Shown: piece by piece, positions 49,589 through 59,316 of the stretch
How positions within the stretch are numbered: position 1 is the first letter of the stretch
Layout: every line of letters begins with the position of its first letter
Origin: Terriglobia bacterium
Lineage (GTDB): Bacteria; Acidobacteriota; Terriglobia; 20CM-2-55-15
Reading direction: 5' to 3'
Assembly (NCBI GenBank): GCA_965218585.1
Contig: CBDCLE010000002.1
Coordinates: forward strand, 320,001 to 384,000
DNA: 64,000 nucleotides
Notes under the pieces: model-generated
Seen by the model: only the letters and a program-made list of their open reading frames with translations
Databases searched by the model: none
Told to the model about the DNA's origin: nothing
Made by a program: the position numbers and the translations under genes

Positions 49589-50311
49589 TCAGATCTGTAC
49601 AGTCTTCGTATCAGGCGGGGGGCGAAGCACCGAGGCTCGGGCTTGCTGGATCAAGGCGGGCAGGTCGAACCCGGTACCCTTGAGATTCCTCGCAACTTCT
49701 TGAACCCAAAGGTAATCGGGTAGTTCGTCTATGGTCAGGCTCAATTCCGGGCACTCGCACGCGGGACGTGGCTCTAAAAAGATTCCACCTGTATCGGACG
49801 GATTCTCTTTTGCATACAGAGTCACATGCTCTCGCAGACGTTCCTCATGAGCAGTCTCTGAGATTCTGGCCAGGAGCCTTCGGGTCAGCGCCTCCCCGGT
49901 TGTTCCGACGGGCAGCCCGTTTTCGATGACATACTCGGCACCGGTCTCGACAATGTGGCTCACGACGCGATCGATGCTTTCGGGGTCGGTGAAGGGGTTG
50001 TCTGCAGTCACGCGAACGATGATGTCGGCGTCCGTCACGGTCGCCGCTGCAAGGTAGCGGGAAAGCACGTCATGCTCGCTTCCACGGAAACAATCAATGT
50101 CATGCCGGCGACATTCCTCAACGATGATGTCGTCTCTTGGATGGACTGTCGTCGCAACGACTACCTGATCCAAACACTTTGTATGATGTAGACGCTCGAC
50201 CAGGTAGGTCAGAATGGACCGGCCGTCAAGTGTCAGTAAGACCTTGCCGGGCAACCGGGCCGAACCCATACGGGCCTGCACTATGGCAACGGTACGAGGC
50301 TTTACTTCCAC
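49589..50311 (-). CDS. SpsF-like cytidylyltransferase
   Basis: IVQARMGSARLPGKVL, GSEHDVLSRY, VRVTADNP, EHVT, LTIDE. Confidence 0.88.
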   Translation of the reverse strand: MEVKPRTVAIVQARMGSARLPGKVLLTLDGRSILTYLVERLHHTKCLDQVVVATTVHPRDDIIVEECRRHDIDCFRGSEHDVLSRYLAAATVTDADIIVRVTADNPFTDPESIDRVVSHIVETGAEYVIENGLPVGTTGEALTRRLLARISETAHEERLREHVTLYAKENPSDTGGIFLEPRPACECPELSLTIDELPDYLWVQEVARNLKGTGFDLPALIQQARASVLRPPPDTKTVQI

Positions 50312-51385
50312 GATTCGCTCCCTTTGGAAGCGGTTGCGGAATCACCCAGTGCGGTTTCAACCGCTTCAACGAGTTCTCCGATCCGGAAAGGCTTGGACAG
50401 GCACGAAACGCCAGAGCGAGAGATAAAGTCCTTCATCTCTCGACTGGCAACATCACCGGTCAAGAGAAGCACTTCCGAGTTCTTGCCTTCTGACTGGATC
50501 CATTCAACAACTTCACGGCCGCCGACTCCCGGCATACGGAGGTCACTGATAACCAGATCAAATTCCGTTGATTGAAGCTTGGCAATAGCCTCCTCGCCGG
50601 ATCCCACACATTCGACTTCGTAGTCCGTATCCGACAGGACCGCATCCACCAGATCCAGGATGTGATGCTCATCGTCAGCCACGAGAACACGGGGCGGTCT
50701 CTTGTCGCCGACTCCGGGATCGGGATCTCCTTCGGTGACGGGAAAATTCAGAGTGAACGTTGTCCCCCGACCTTCGTCGCTGACAACAGAGATCTCTCCC
50801 TGATTCGACTCGACCAACTGACGCGAAAGGCTCAAGCCCAGACCGGTTCCTGTTTCCTTTGTCGTAAAGAACGGCTCAAATATCTTCGAAATGTCGCCTT
50901 CGGACAGTACCGACCCATTGTCCCGGACCCGGATCAACACACGGTCTCCGAACGTTTCGGTCGAAACGTCAACCGAACCCTCCTCACGTCCTCGCCAATC
51001 GCCTGGACGGCGTTGTTCACGATGTTGAGCAGGACCTGCGTGAACTCGCAGGGATTTACGGAAATCGCCGGACTCTTTGCAGCCAGATTCAATCCGAGGC
51101 TGACCTTGTTCAAGCGCAGTTGGTACGCAGCCAGTTCCAGAGTTTCCCGAACAGTTGAGTTCAGATCAATCGTTTCGTTGTCGGTCTTACCAGGGAAGGA
51201 TATGCGTAGCACGTTCTGAACGATGCGTGCACAGCGCTCGGTTTCGGAAACAATCCGGCTGAGGTTCTTCTTATTGCCCCCGTCTGTCCGGGCCAGCAAC
51301 TGAGCAAAACCGAGGATCGTGGTCAGCGGGTTGTTCAACTCATGAATTCCCTGTTTACCAGCCTCTGGTCTTAATCTCCGGTTGT
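50302..51385 (-). pseudogene. Hybrid histidine kinase-receiver lacking a sensor domain, frameshifted near 50990
   Basis: HELNNPL H-box with no start codon upstream; N-box QVLLNIVNNA; frame change before DNG; FEPFFTTK, GTGLGL; REC domain SDLRMP. Confidence 0.75.
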
Positions 51386-52424
51386 CTAGTTGACGTATGC
51401 CGTCGCCGAACTTGTCCGGGCAAACCGGCCACGCGGCACTCGGTTTCGCTTCACCTTCAACTCTTCCTCGCTCGCGAATAAGCTTTCCTCGAAGCTCATC
51501 ATCGTTAAATCCTGCTGAAATTTTCCGACTTGGGACGGGACAGATCGGCCACCTCTCAACTGAACGAGCCATGTAGCAAAGTCCGCACCGGCAGCTATCG
51601 TCAAGGGAATACCCCCGGAAAAACGAGGATTCACTTCGATCAGACTCACTGTCAGGCCATCCCATTTGCACTGGATGTTGGCGGCTCCGACGATCTGCAG
51701 GCTTTCGGCAACGTTGGTAGCGAATTCGATAATTCTCTTGTGTAGCCGGGTCGTTCCCTTGTCGCTGACGCCGGCCCGGATTACGAGCCGTTCGCGTGGC
51801 ACGACAGATATCACTCGGCCTTCAAAATCCGAACACACATCAACGGTGAACTCTGTTCCCTCCAGATAGTCCTGCACAACAGCATCGGGCACGTAATCGC
51901 AGAAGAAGCGGAGCTGCTTCTCGTTGTGTGCTTCGAACACCTGGATGCTTCCACGCCCACACCTTGGTTTGACAACAACGGGATACGAAATTTCGTCGAA
52001 ATTGATGTCCTCGGGCAAACGGGTTGGGGGACTTTCGATCCCGTTCATGAGCGCGAACTCATGCGTCCGGTACTTGTCATTGGAAATTTCAGTTGTTTCT
52101 TCACCTGAAACCGCCACCCAAATATCATTCCGTTCGAAACGCGGACGGTTCCGACCGAAGATCGGCAATTCATCGTCGATTGTTGGAATGATCAGATGAA
52201 TGTTTTCAACGTCGCAGATGCTTTCAATAATCGGAATATACTCCGGGTCGCTTGTCAGGGGCACGATATGGTTCTTGTGGCCAAAGTAAAGAGCCGGGGA
52301 CATGGAATTGATGTCGGTGGTAACAACTTTACCCTTTCCGAAGCGCTCCACGGCTCTGCGGAAAGCGCGTACCAAAACCGACGCGACGGGAAGCAGCTGT
52401 GATGAGGACGTTTACGGGCTTCAT
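51386..52424 (-). pseudogene. ATP-grasp (CarB-like) protein of the sugar pathway, +1 frameshift near 52375
   Basis: MKPVNVLITAASRRVG from 52424 is out of frame with LVRAFRRA... at GGTTTTGG; IPTIDDEL, EFTVD, IEVNPRFSGG. Confidence 0.75.
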
Positions 52425-53464
52425 CCTATGGAATCCCACTGTACCGGTTCGTTCTCATCTATCGAGTTGCGTGCCTCGCGGCCGACAACCTCATCGACGT
52501 GCTCCGGAGATATCCCCACGGCAGGCCGAAGGGCATACAACATGTCGCGGGAAATCGTCTCTCCCGGTGCGATGGGGCGCTTGGCGTACAGCGCACGGCG
52601 GGAAGCCGTCAGGTTCTGGCTTTCCGTCTCAGTTCGAACCTTGTCGCGCTGACCCAGCATCGATCTGATCGAACGCAGTTCTTCGATACTTGCACGTAAC
52701 TGCTTGGTGTCGAATGAAACATCACGATCAGGAACGTCACCCCGGGTATCGAGCATGAAATGCCGCTCGAAGACCTGTGCGCCCAAAGACACAGCGATTA
52801 GGGCGCCCATGTTATCGACGCTGTGGTCGGAGAACCCAACGGGCAGTCCGAATCGGTCCCGCAGGAACTCAATCGATTTCAGATTCAACTCCTCAGGTTT
52901 CGGCGGATAAGCTGAAACGCAGTGCAGGAGGATGATCTGGTTATTCTGGGATGTGTAGATCCAATCGATCGCTTTCTCGATCTCGTCGGCCGTACTCATC
53001 CCGGTCGATAACAGAATCGGTTTGCCTTTCCGGGCAATGTGTTTAACCAGAGGACTGTGCGTGATGTCGCCCGAAGCGATCTTGAAGGCACCCACTCCGA
53101 GTTCTTCCAGGAAATCGACACTTTCTTCGTCGAAAGGTGTCGAAAGAAATTCGATTCCTATCCTGTTGGCTTCACTGTGTATGACACGAAAAGCGTCGAA
53201 ATCCAGTTCCAGCTTCTTGAACAGGTCCTGCAGGTCAACGTCCTTGGTGTGGGTAAGCTGGGCACGCGTCTTGGAGTTGAGTCGCTCGGCCTTGAACGTC
53301 TGAAACTTGATCGCGTCGGCTCCGGCCCACTTGGCGGCACGCACCATGGCCATCGCTTTCTCTTTGGAGCCGCCGTGGTTCAGGCCGGCCTCGGCTACAA
53401 AGAACGTCCGGTCGGTGTCCTTCTGCAGAACGTCGAACAGGTTAGCGGTTACATTGTTGGACAT
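52421..53464 (-). CDS. NeuB/PseI/SpsE-family nonulosonic acid synthase
   Basis: AEAGLNH, IKFQT, STPFD, FKIAS, LLHCVSAYP, GFSDHS, ERHF; SAF domain. Confidence 0.92.
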   Translation of the reverse strand: MSNNVTANLFDVLQKDTDRTFFVAEAGLNHGGSKEKAMAMVRAAKWAGADAIKFQTFKAERLNSKTRAQLTHTKDVDLQDLFKKLELDFDAFRVIHSEANRIGIEFLSTPFDEESVDFLEELGVGAFKIASGDITHSPLVKHIARKGKPILLSTGMSTADEIEKAIDWIYTSQNNQIILLHCVSAYPPKPEELNLKSIEFLRDRFGLPVGFSDHSVDNMGALIAVSLGAQVFERHFMLDTRGDVPDRDVSFDTKQLRASIEELRSIRSMLGQRDKVRTETESQNLTASRRALYAKRPIAPGETISRDMLYALRPAVGISPEHVDEVVGREARNSIDENEPVQWDSIG

Positions 53465-54411
53465 AGTTCTCTCCTCACGATCTCCCTGACGCGGAACAAT
53501 CCCTGACCGTCCACCAATCTACGACCGGCTTCGGCCAGGCGGTTCATCAGCGAAGGGGTTTCGCGCATCTCCCTTGCGCGTTCGACGACTTCATTTGGGT
53601 GAAGCGCTGACATTACGCCCGCATTTTCGACGGCGCCTCTATCTTCAAAAGCAGCGGCCGTCTTGAGTTGAAGTTCATCGACGCTGAGCGCAATCGTCGG
53701 TACGCCCGCCGCCAACATTTCGTAAAGTGAAATCCCCGCGTTGGAAATCGCAAACAGACAGCGGGATACTGCTTGATGAATCTCGTCACGATTGCGGATC
53801 CAACGAACTAATGGGTTCCGAGGGTTCGGGGAATCCTGTAACGCCGTATCAAACCCTTGTGTCGCACATACCTGGAATCCTTGGTCCGTCAGTCGGTTCA
53901 CAACAGCGTTGAGATACTCAGAATCGACCCCACCACCCAGAGTCACGAATACCTCATCACTGGTCCCGTTGCGCTGCTGTTGCCAGGGGTCGACGACTGT
54001 ATAGTCCGGACCCACGAACATCTTTCGACCGGGATCTGCACCGTAGGGCACTGCTTGAGTGATACTGCCATCGATGACGATGTCGGAATCACACTGAGCC
54101 AATCCCAGATCACGAATGCTGATGTGATGGCAACCCTCGGTCCCGACCCGGTCGGTCACCGGATGAATCCGGCAGAGGTCACTCACAACGAGGGCTGGGA
54201 AACGGGAGGTGTCGTCAAAACGGACCGGAAAATCCCTGTCCGACAGGAAGCGGGCGCAGGGTTCCGATAGCGGGTAGAAATCGATCTTCGCGTCGCGGGC
54301 GAGACCCTCTGCGATTCTGAGGCAACGCACGACATGTCCATAGCCCACCTCGGGTCCGGCATCGACAACGAAACCAATATCGGCAACTTTACTGTTAGTT
54401 GACCTGACCAC
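53449..54411 (-). CDS. SpsG/PseG-like UDP-sugar hydrolase/glycosyltransferase
   Basis: DAGPEVGYGHVVRC, VTLGGG, ISNAGISLYE...GVP, LVDGQG; start uncertain (GTG at 54411). Confidence 0.8.
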   Translation of the reverse strand: MVRSTNSKVADIGFVVDAGPEVGYGHVVRCLRIAEGLARDAKIDFYPLSEPCARFLSDRDFPVRFDDTSRFPALVVSDLCRIHPVTDRVGTEGCHHISIRDLGLAQCDSDIVIDGSITQAVPYGADPGRKMFVGPDYTVVDPWQQQRNGTSDEVFVTLGGGVDSEYLNAVVNRLTDQGFQVCATQGFDTALQDSPNPRNPLVRWIRNRDEIHQAVSRCLFAISNAGISLYEMLAAGVPTIALSVDELQLKTAAAFEDRGAVENAGVMSALHPNEVVERAREMRETPSLMNRLAEAGRRLVDGQGLFRVREIVRRELCPTM

Positions 54412-54985
54412 GTGTCCTCTTGACCAAACTCTTCCAACCATCCAGCACAGGAGCAATCTCATACTCCAGGACGTCGCAGACCGAAATCCAGAATCCGTTC
54501 TCCTGGGCGGAGATCAATTCTCCCAAAGCCTGCTCCAGGGAAGCAATCATTGCTGGACGGGTATCGCCTTCCTCACCGTGAACCCAACCCAGATCCTCTG
54601 AAAATATGCTGAACAAGACCGCAAGTGATTCTAAATACTGGGAAAGTGCCTGATAGGCCTGCTCCTGGTCGCGACTCTCGAAAAGCCGTACGATCGCAGC
54701 CCCAGCCTCGGCGACCTGATCCAATTCCTTATCCAGCTCCCCGAGAGACTCACGTACGACACTGTCAAAGTCCCCACTTTCGATGTCAATCTGCTCCAGG
54801 CCGCCGAGTTCTTGCTCGCAGAGGCCGTCGTCTCGATAGCTCATCGCTTCCTGGTCGCCGAAACTTACGTTCGTAATGCATTGACCCGACTTCAGATAGT
54901 CGGTCTCGAGCCAGTCCAACAGGTCACCCCAGGTAGCCAACTGCCCGGGGATGTCGATGGGGTCCTGGTTTACTCGGATGTTCAT
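54395..54985 (-). CDS. Hypothetical acidic protein of the flagellar glycosylation island
   Basis: 196 aa, QENGFWISVCDVLEYEIAPVL. Confidence 0.7.
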   Translation of the reverse strand: MNIRVNQDPIDIPGQLATWGDLLDWLETDYLKSGQCITNVSFGDQEAMSYRDDGLCEQELGGLEQIDIESGDFDSVVRESLGELDKELDQVAEAGAAIVRLFESRDQEQAYQALSQYLESLAVLFSIFSEDLGWVHGEEGDTRPAMIASLEQALGELISAQENGFWISVCDVLEYEIAPVLDGWKSLVKRTRGQVN

Positions 54986-55030
54986 CTTATGACTCCACTG
55001 GGAAGCTTGACGGCGGTCATTTTTCCGACT

Positions 55031-56311
55031 TCAAGCTTCTGTTACGCCGGTGGCGGCTGGAACGGCCGAACCTCCGGAATTCAACAACTTCTGCTCCAAA
55101 ACCTGCACTTCCTCGGTAAAGAAAGGCTGTGTCTGGAGGCGGTCTAGAATCTTCTCTGCTGCATTTCGGTTTCCTTTTTCCAGATACATGTGGCCCTTCT
55201 GGAGCATGGTCAGAGGACCAGACCAGCGCGGCGGCACCAATTGGGGCTCCATTCGCTCAAAGAGTCGGGACCACTCGCTGGCAATAGATCTCCATGAATA
55301 ACGGCCAAATGCGCGGGAGCGGGCAGCGGCGGACATCGCCTGGTGCCGCTGGGGATTCCTCGCCAGCTCGACTACAGCCTCGACAAACTTTCGCTTGTAC
55401 GTTTCAGAAGATGGATCCCCTTCGATGCAGAATCCGGTTTCTCCGTCAGCAACTGTCTCGTTAAGGCCGGCCTTGGCGGACGTGACAACGACGGCGCCAC
55501 AAGCCTGAGCTTCGATGGCGGCGATGCAGGAGGTTTCATCGAAGGTGTTGGGATAGAGCAGGAAGCCACTCCGGGAGAGCTCCTCTAACAGCAACTTCTG
55601 CCCGACGCTGCCGTGCATCGTCACGCCGGGCTGCTCAGCAACCTTATATAGGTCACCATAAGCCTCACGATCGTTGTCCTCGGTCCAGCCGTAGACTTTC
55701 ATACTGCTGAAAACGTCCAACGACATGTTTCCAACCTGCTCTCGGATCCGCGGGAACATTTCCAGCAAACCCTTCAGACCCCGAAACGGGGTGCTGGAGT
55801 AAATGCCGTTGGTCCAGATCTTCTGCCGCTGGGCAGGGACCAGGTCGTCCCTGAAGCCGTTTCGTGTGGCGACGACCTTTTCCGGGGAAAGATCAAAGGT
55901 GTCGATGAACGTAGACCGTTGCCATTCGCTCACACAGAAGTGCAGGTCGATGTTGTCCTGAATCGCCGGGTGACCCAGGTTCGATATCGCCGGTTGATCG
56001 AACGCGTCACCGGTCCAGAAAATCGTGCGTGGCGCGACGCGGCCTATCAGAAACGGATCGAACGAGCGGAAAGAGATAAAGACATCCCACGGTGTGACTC
56101 GGAATTCTTCGAAAAAACGATGGTGGTGCTGGTAGCGGACACCGTCGTAGATTTCCGGTTCGGGGCAGTTGCAGTAAACGCGCACCGAATGGCCGATCCC
56201 AGCTAACTCGCGCGCCATGTAAACGATGCCGCTTTCGCTGCCTCCAAGCGGCCCTTCCACGGGTGAATTTCCGTGAAAAGGTATGCCGTTGTTGTAGATT
56301 GCAATATTCAT
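55031..56311 (-). CDS. GT4-family glycosyltransferase
   Basis: LGGSES, YSSTPFRGL, YPNTFDETSCIAAIEAQACG. Confidence 0.9.
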   Translation of the reverse strand: MNIAIYNNGIPFHGNSPVEGPLGGSESGIVYMARELAGIGHSVRVYCNCPEPEIYDGVRYQHHHRFFEEFRVTPWDVFISFRSFDPFLIGRVAPRTIFWTGDAFDQPAISNLGHPAIQDNIDLHFCVSEWQRSTFIDTFDLSPEKVVATRNGFRDDLVPAQRQKIWTNGIYSSTPFRGLKGLLEMFPRIREQVGNMSLDVFSSMKVYGWTEDNDREAYGDLYKVAEQPGVTMHGSVGQKLLLEELSRSGFLLYPNTFDETSCIAAIEAQACGAVVVTSAKAGLNETVADGETGFCIEGDPSSETYKRKFVEAVVELARNPQRHQAMSAAARSRAFGRYSWRSIASEWSRLFERMEPQLVPPRWSGPLTMLQKGHMYLEKGNRNAAEKILDRLQTQPFFTEEVQVLEQKLLNSGGSAVPAATGVTEA

Positions 56312-58062
56312 GCTTCGTGTGACCTCTCCTGCCGGACGATTTTGAGGTGGGGACCGGCCGACAACCTGGCGGCAACTTGCGGCTCGCTCTGTTTCTGATG
56401 GATCCAGTCCCGAAGCTGGGGCACCTGATCGTCCATCACCGTGAAGTGCTCCTCCAGTTCCTTCCACATCTGCTTACGCTCGAGTATCAGGCTCCGGTAG
56501 ATCCAATGATCCGGCGTCGCCTGACCTCGAGCGATGACCTCGTCCAGGTGGAAGAGAGCGTCGTCGAGGAGACCTCCACGCGCTTCGTAGATACTCAACG
56601 TGGGTAAAAGACTGGTATTCTGCGTCTTCTCGTAACCATGACGCAGGTGACGGGCGGCACGAACGAATTCACCGTCATTCCCATAAACGTGACTGATATT
56701 GATACGTGCATCGATTATTGACTGATCGCTGCGTATCGCCGCTTCCAAATGCTCACGCGCCTTGTCGTTATCGCCCCGCTCCAGGTAGGCCGCTCCTCGC
56801 AACGACTCGGCAACCGCATCACCGGGAAACCGGTCTCCAAGCAACTCGAGCGCAACGTCGGGGCGTTTCAACTGGAGGTTCGCTTTGGTCAGCGCCAGTC
56901 GGACATCCCGCCGCTCGGGGTGGTGAGTCAGAAGTTCTTCCAGGATTGTGGCAGCCTCGCTGAATTCGCTGGCGTCAGTGTGAATTGCCGCAAGTTCCAG
57001 CACGGGTTCGGCAAAGGCTGGATCAAGATGATGCGCACGCCTGTAGTAAGAAGTCGCCTTCTCCAACTGGTCTGTTTTCCTATACGTAAGACCTATGTTG
57101 AAGGTGGCTACAGGATTCCCGATGCTCCGTTCCAGACAAATCCGGTATGACTTCCGGGCTCTCTTGTAGTCGCCGAGCGCCAGCCAAACATTGCCCCGTT
57201 CGAGGTGAAGTTCGAACGTATCCAACCCATGCTCGGCGGCCCGATCCAGAAGCCTGCCCGCCTCTTCGTGGTCGCCAAGACTCTTTTCGGCTACGGCGCA
57301 GTGAAGAAGACTTAGGGGATATCCCGACATTTCAAACGATTTGAGAAACGGCTCGCGGGCATCGGCGTGCCTTCCCAGTTCCTGAAGCTGGATGCCGTAA
57401 TCCATGTAAGCCTTCGCGTTGGTCGGATCCTCTTCAAGTTTCTTCTCACCCAACTTTAGATACAGATGCTGCTTTTCGACAACGCGGTCTTCCCCACGCA
57501 CCTTCCCGAAATGGTGGATGGGCACGTCGAGTGTCGAAAAACTGAGGTTCTCGGGCAGCCATGTTGGATCGATGATTTCGTGAACGGCCCCCTGGAAGCG
57601 GAGCCTTTCGTCGTTTCTGAAGAATCGGATCAGGGGATTGTCCACAAACCCCGGATAGGGTCGGCCTTCGTCGTAGTCACTGGTGTTGGGTGCCCATCCG
57701 TGAAGGTGGTTTTGATAGACATAGTTCCGTTGGATGAGGTTGTAGCCGTCATAGGATCCGGACATCGCCTTTTCTAGCTTCGCCAGGTCGCTGGCGGCAA
57801 TGCATTCATCGGCATCCAGGACGAGAATCCAGGAATGCTGCGCCTGGGCCAGGGAAATGTTGCGGGCGTTTCCGAAATGATCCGACCACTCGCTGTGAAT
57901 AATCCTCGGGGAGAAGGGTTCCACTCTCTCCAGAGTCCGGTCCGTGCTGCCGGTGTCCACAATTATGACTTCGGAAACTAAAGAAATGACACTGGAGACG
58001 GCCTTTGCTATCCAATCTTCTTCATTCTTAACGATCATGCATAGAGATATTCCGTTCGTCAT
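56308..58062 (-). CDS. GT2 + TPR glycosyltransferase (probable flagellin O-glycosyltransferase)
   Basis: ISLCMIVKNEE, VDTGSTDRT, ARN, LDADE, followed by multiple TPRs; divergent from fliC. Confidence 0.9.
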   Translation of the reverse strand: MTNGISLCMIVKNEEDWIAKAVSSVISLVSEVIIVDTGSTDRTLERVEPFSPRIIHSEWSDHFGNARNISLAQAQHSWILVLDADECIAASDLAKLEKAMSGSYDGYNLIQRNYVYQNHLHGWAPNTSDYDEGRPYPGFVDNPLIRFFRNDERLRFQGAVHEIIDPTWLPENLSFSTLDVPIHHFGKVRGEDRVVEKQHLYLKLGEKKLEEDPTNAKAYMDYGIQLQELGRHADAREPFLKSFEMSGYPLSLLHCAVAEKSLGDHEEAGRLLDRAAEHGLDTFELHLERGNVWLALGDYKRARKSYRICLERSIGNPVATFNIGLTYRKTDQLEKATSYYRRAHHLDPAFAEPVLELAAIHTDASEFSEAATILEELLTHHPERRDVRLALTKANLQLKRPDVALELLGDRFPGDAVAESLRGAAYLERGDNDKAREHLEAAIRSDQSIIDARINISHVYGNDGEFVRAARHLRHGYEKTQNTSLLPTLSIYEARGGLLDDALFHLDEVIARGQATPDHWIYRSLILERKQMWKELEEHFTVMDDQVPQLRDWIHQKQSEPQVAARLSAGPHLKIVRQERSHEA

Positions 58063-58181
58063 GGTGGGGATTAATGCAAGCGGGACACCAAAACGGATTC
58101 TCTCGGACCAACTCATTACACATTGCAAAATAAAACAATCTGAATACCTTAGGCGAGGGTGTCGGTTTTTGACATCAGGTC

Positions 58182-58209
58182 TAAAGTTCGACACCGACTG
58201 ACTCGATAA
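58182..58209 (+). promoter_or_regulatory. Sigma28 promoter of fliC
   Basis: TAAA-N16-CTCGATAA. Confidence 0.75.
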
Positions 58210-58219
58210 GTTGTGTGAT

Positions 58220-58300
58220 GGTCCAAGGGTGGACCGATCAGCCCAGGACGGAATTAACCCAAAACGTCGCAAGGATGCGGCAATCAGTTTCATGGAGGAA
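58220..58300 (+). promoter_or_regulatory. fliC 5'UTR with putative CsrA sites
   Basis: Hairpin gtcgc-AAGGAT-gcggc (58266-58281), CAGGAC, and ATGGAGG at the RBS. Confidence 0.6.
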
Positions 58301-58308
58301 GCTTAAAA

Positions 58309-59136
58309 ATGAGCTTTTCAGTAGTTACAAACCTTTCATCGATTCAGGCCCAGTCGACTTTGGATATGACTCAGAGCGGTTTGCAGCGGACCCTGTCCCG
58401 ACTCACATCAGGACTGCGTATCAATAGTGCTGCCGACGCCGACGCCGGTCTGGCCGTTGCCAACCGTCATAAGCTGGACAACACCGGCCTGACGATCGGT
58501 ATCCGGAGTGCGAATGATGCCATCAGCAAGCTGCAGATCGAAGACGGCGCGCTGAACAATATCTCCTCGCTGCTCGATCGTGCTCTGACTCTGGCCAGCC
58601 AGGCCGCTTCAGACACATTCACGGGCTCCAGGGCCACGCTGGACTCCGAGTTCCAGTCGGTCCTCTCGGAAATCACCAGAAACGCGACTGCTGCGGGTAT
58701 TGAAACCAGCAACGCCAACCTGAACGCACGGTCGGTCTTTGTTGGAAACACCCAGACGAGTACTTCCGCGACGGTCACTTACGTAAGTTTCGCTCTGACC
58801 ACAGCCGTCGACTCCGAGGGTCTTGGCGTCAGCACGCAGAACATCACCAGCCAGGCCAACGCAGCCACCGCCATCTCGACGCTCCAGACCGCCATCGGTA
58901 CGCTCGGTACGGTCCAGGGTCGGGTCGGTGCGGCAATGAACCGTTTGAGTTTCGCCGTCTCTCAGGCGCAGACGATGTCGGTGAGTGTCCGGGCTTCGGA
59001 ATCCCGAATCCGTGACGCCAACATTGCTGAGGAAGCTGCTTCGTTGACGAAGCTCAACATCCTGACCCAGAGTGGTTTAGCTGCTCTGTCGCAGGCGAAC
59101 TCCTCGTCTCAGTCTGTACTTCAGCTGCTTCGTTAA
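58309..59136 (+). CDS. fliC: Flagellin (minimal, 275 aa)
   Basis: RLTSGLRINSAA, GRVGAAMNRL, SESRIRDAN, LSQAN...VLQLLR. Confidence 0.96.
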   Translation: MSFSVVTNLSSIQAQSTLDMTQSGLQRTLSRLTSGLRINSAADADAGLAVANRHKLDNTGLTIGIRSANDAISKLQIEDGALNNISSLLDRALTLASQAASDTFTGSRATLDSEFQSVLSEITRNATAAGIETSNANLNARSVFVGNTQTSTSATVTYVSFALTTAVDSEGLGVSTQNITSQANAATAISTLQTAIGTLGTVQGRVGAAMNRLSFAVSQAQTMSVSVRASESRIRDANIAEEAASLTKLNILTQSGLAALSQANSSSQSVLQLLR

Positions 59137-59145
59137 AGAATTTAT

Positions 59146-59219
59146 GGGGACTGACACCGGATTCATTGAAATTAAAGTAGTTAACTGATCAAGCGGAAAT
59201 GAATACGATGTCGGTTTCC
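59146..59219. repeat. REP-like long hairpin (possible terminator/stabiliser) after fliC
   Basis: ggggactgacacc.gattcatt ... aatgaat.cgatgtcggtttcc. Confidence 0.55.
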
Positions 59220-59249
59220 TGATTTTTTTCGAAAATATCCGGGGGTCTC

Positions 59250-59277
59250 TAAAGAGGCCTCCGGGGACCGCCGATAA
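59250..59277 (+). promoter_or_regulatory. Sigma28 promoter of fliD
   Basis: TAAA-N16-GCCGATAA, consensus match. Confidence 0.88.
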
Positions 59278-59316
59278 CGTGGTTGCGAACGAGATCGAGA
59301 GATCGAGGAGACAACC

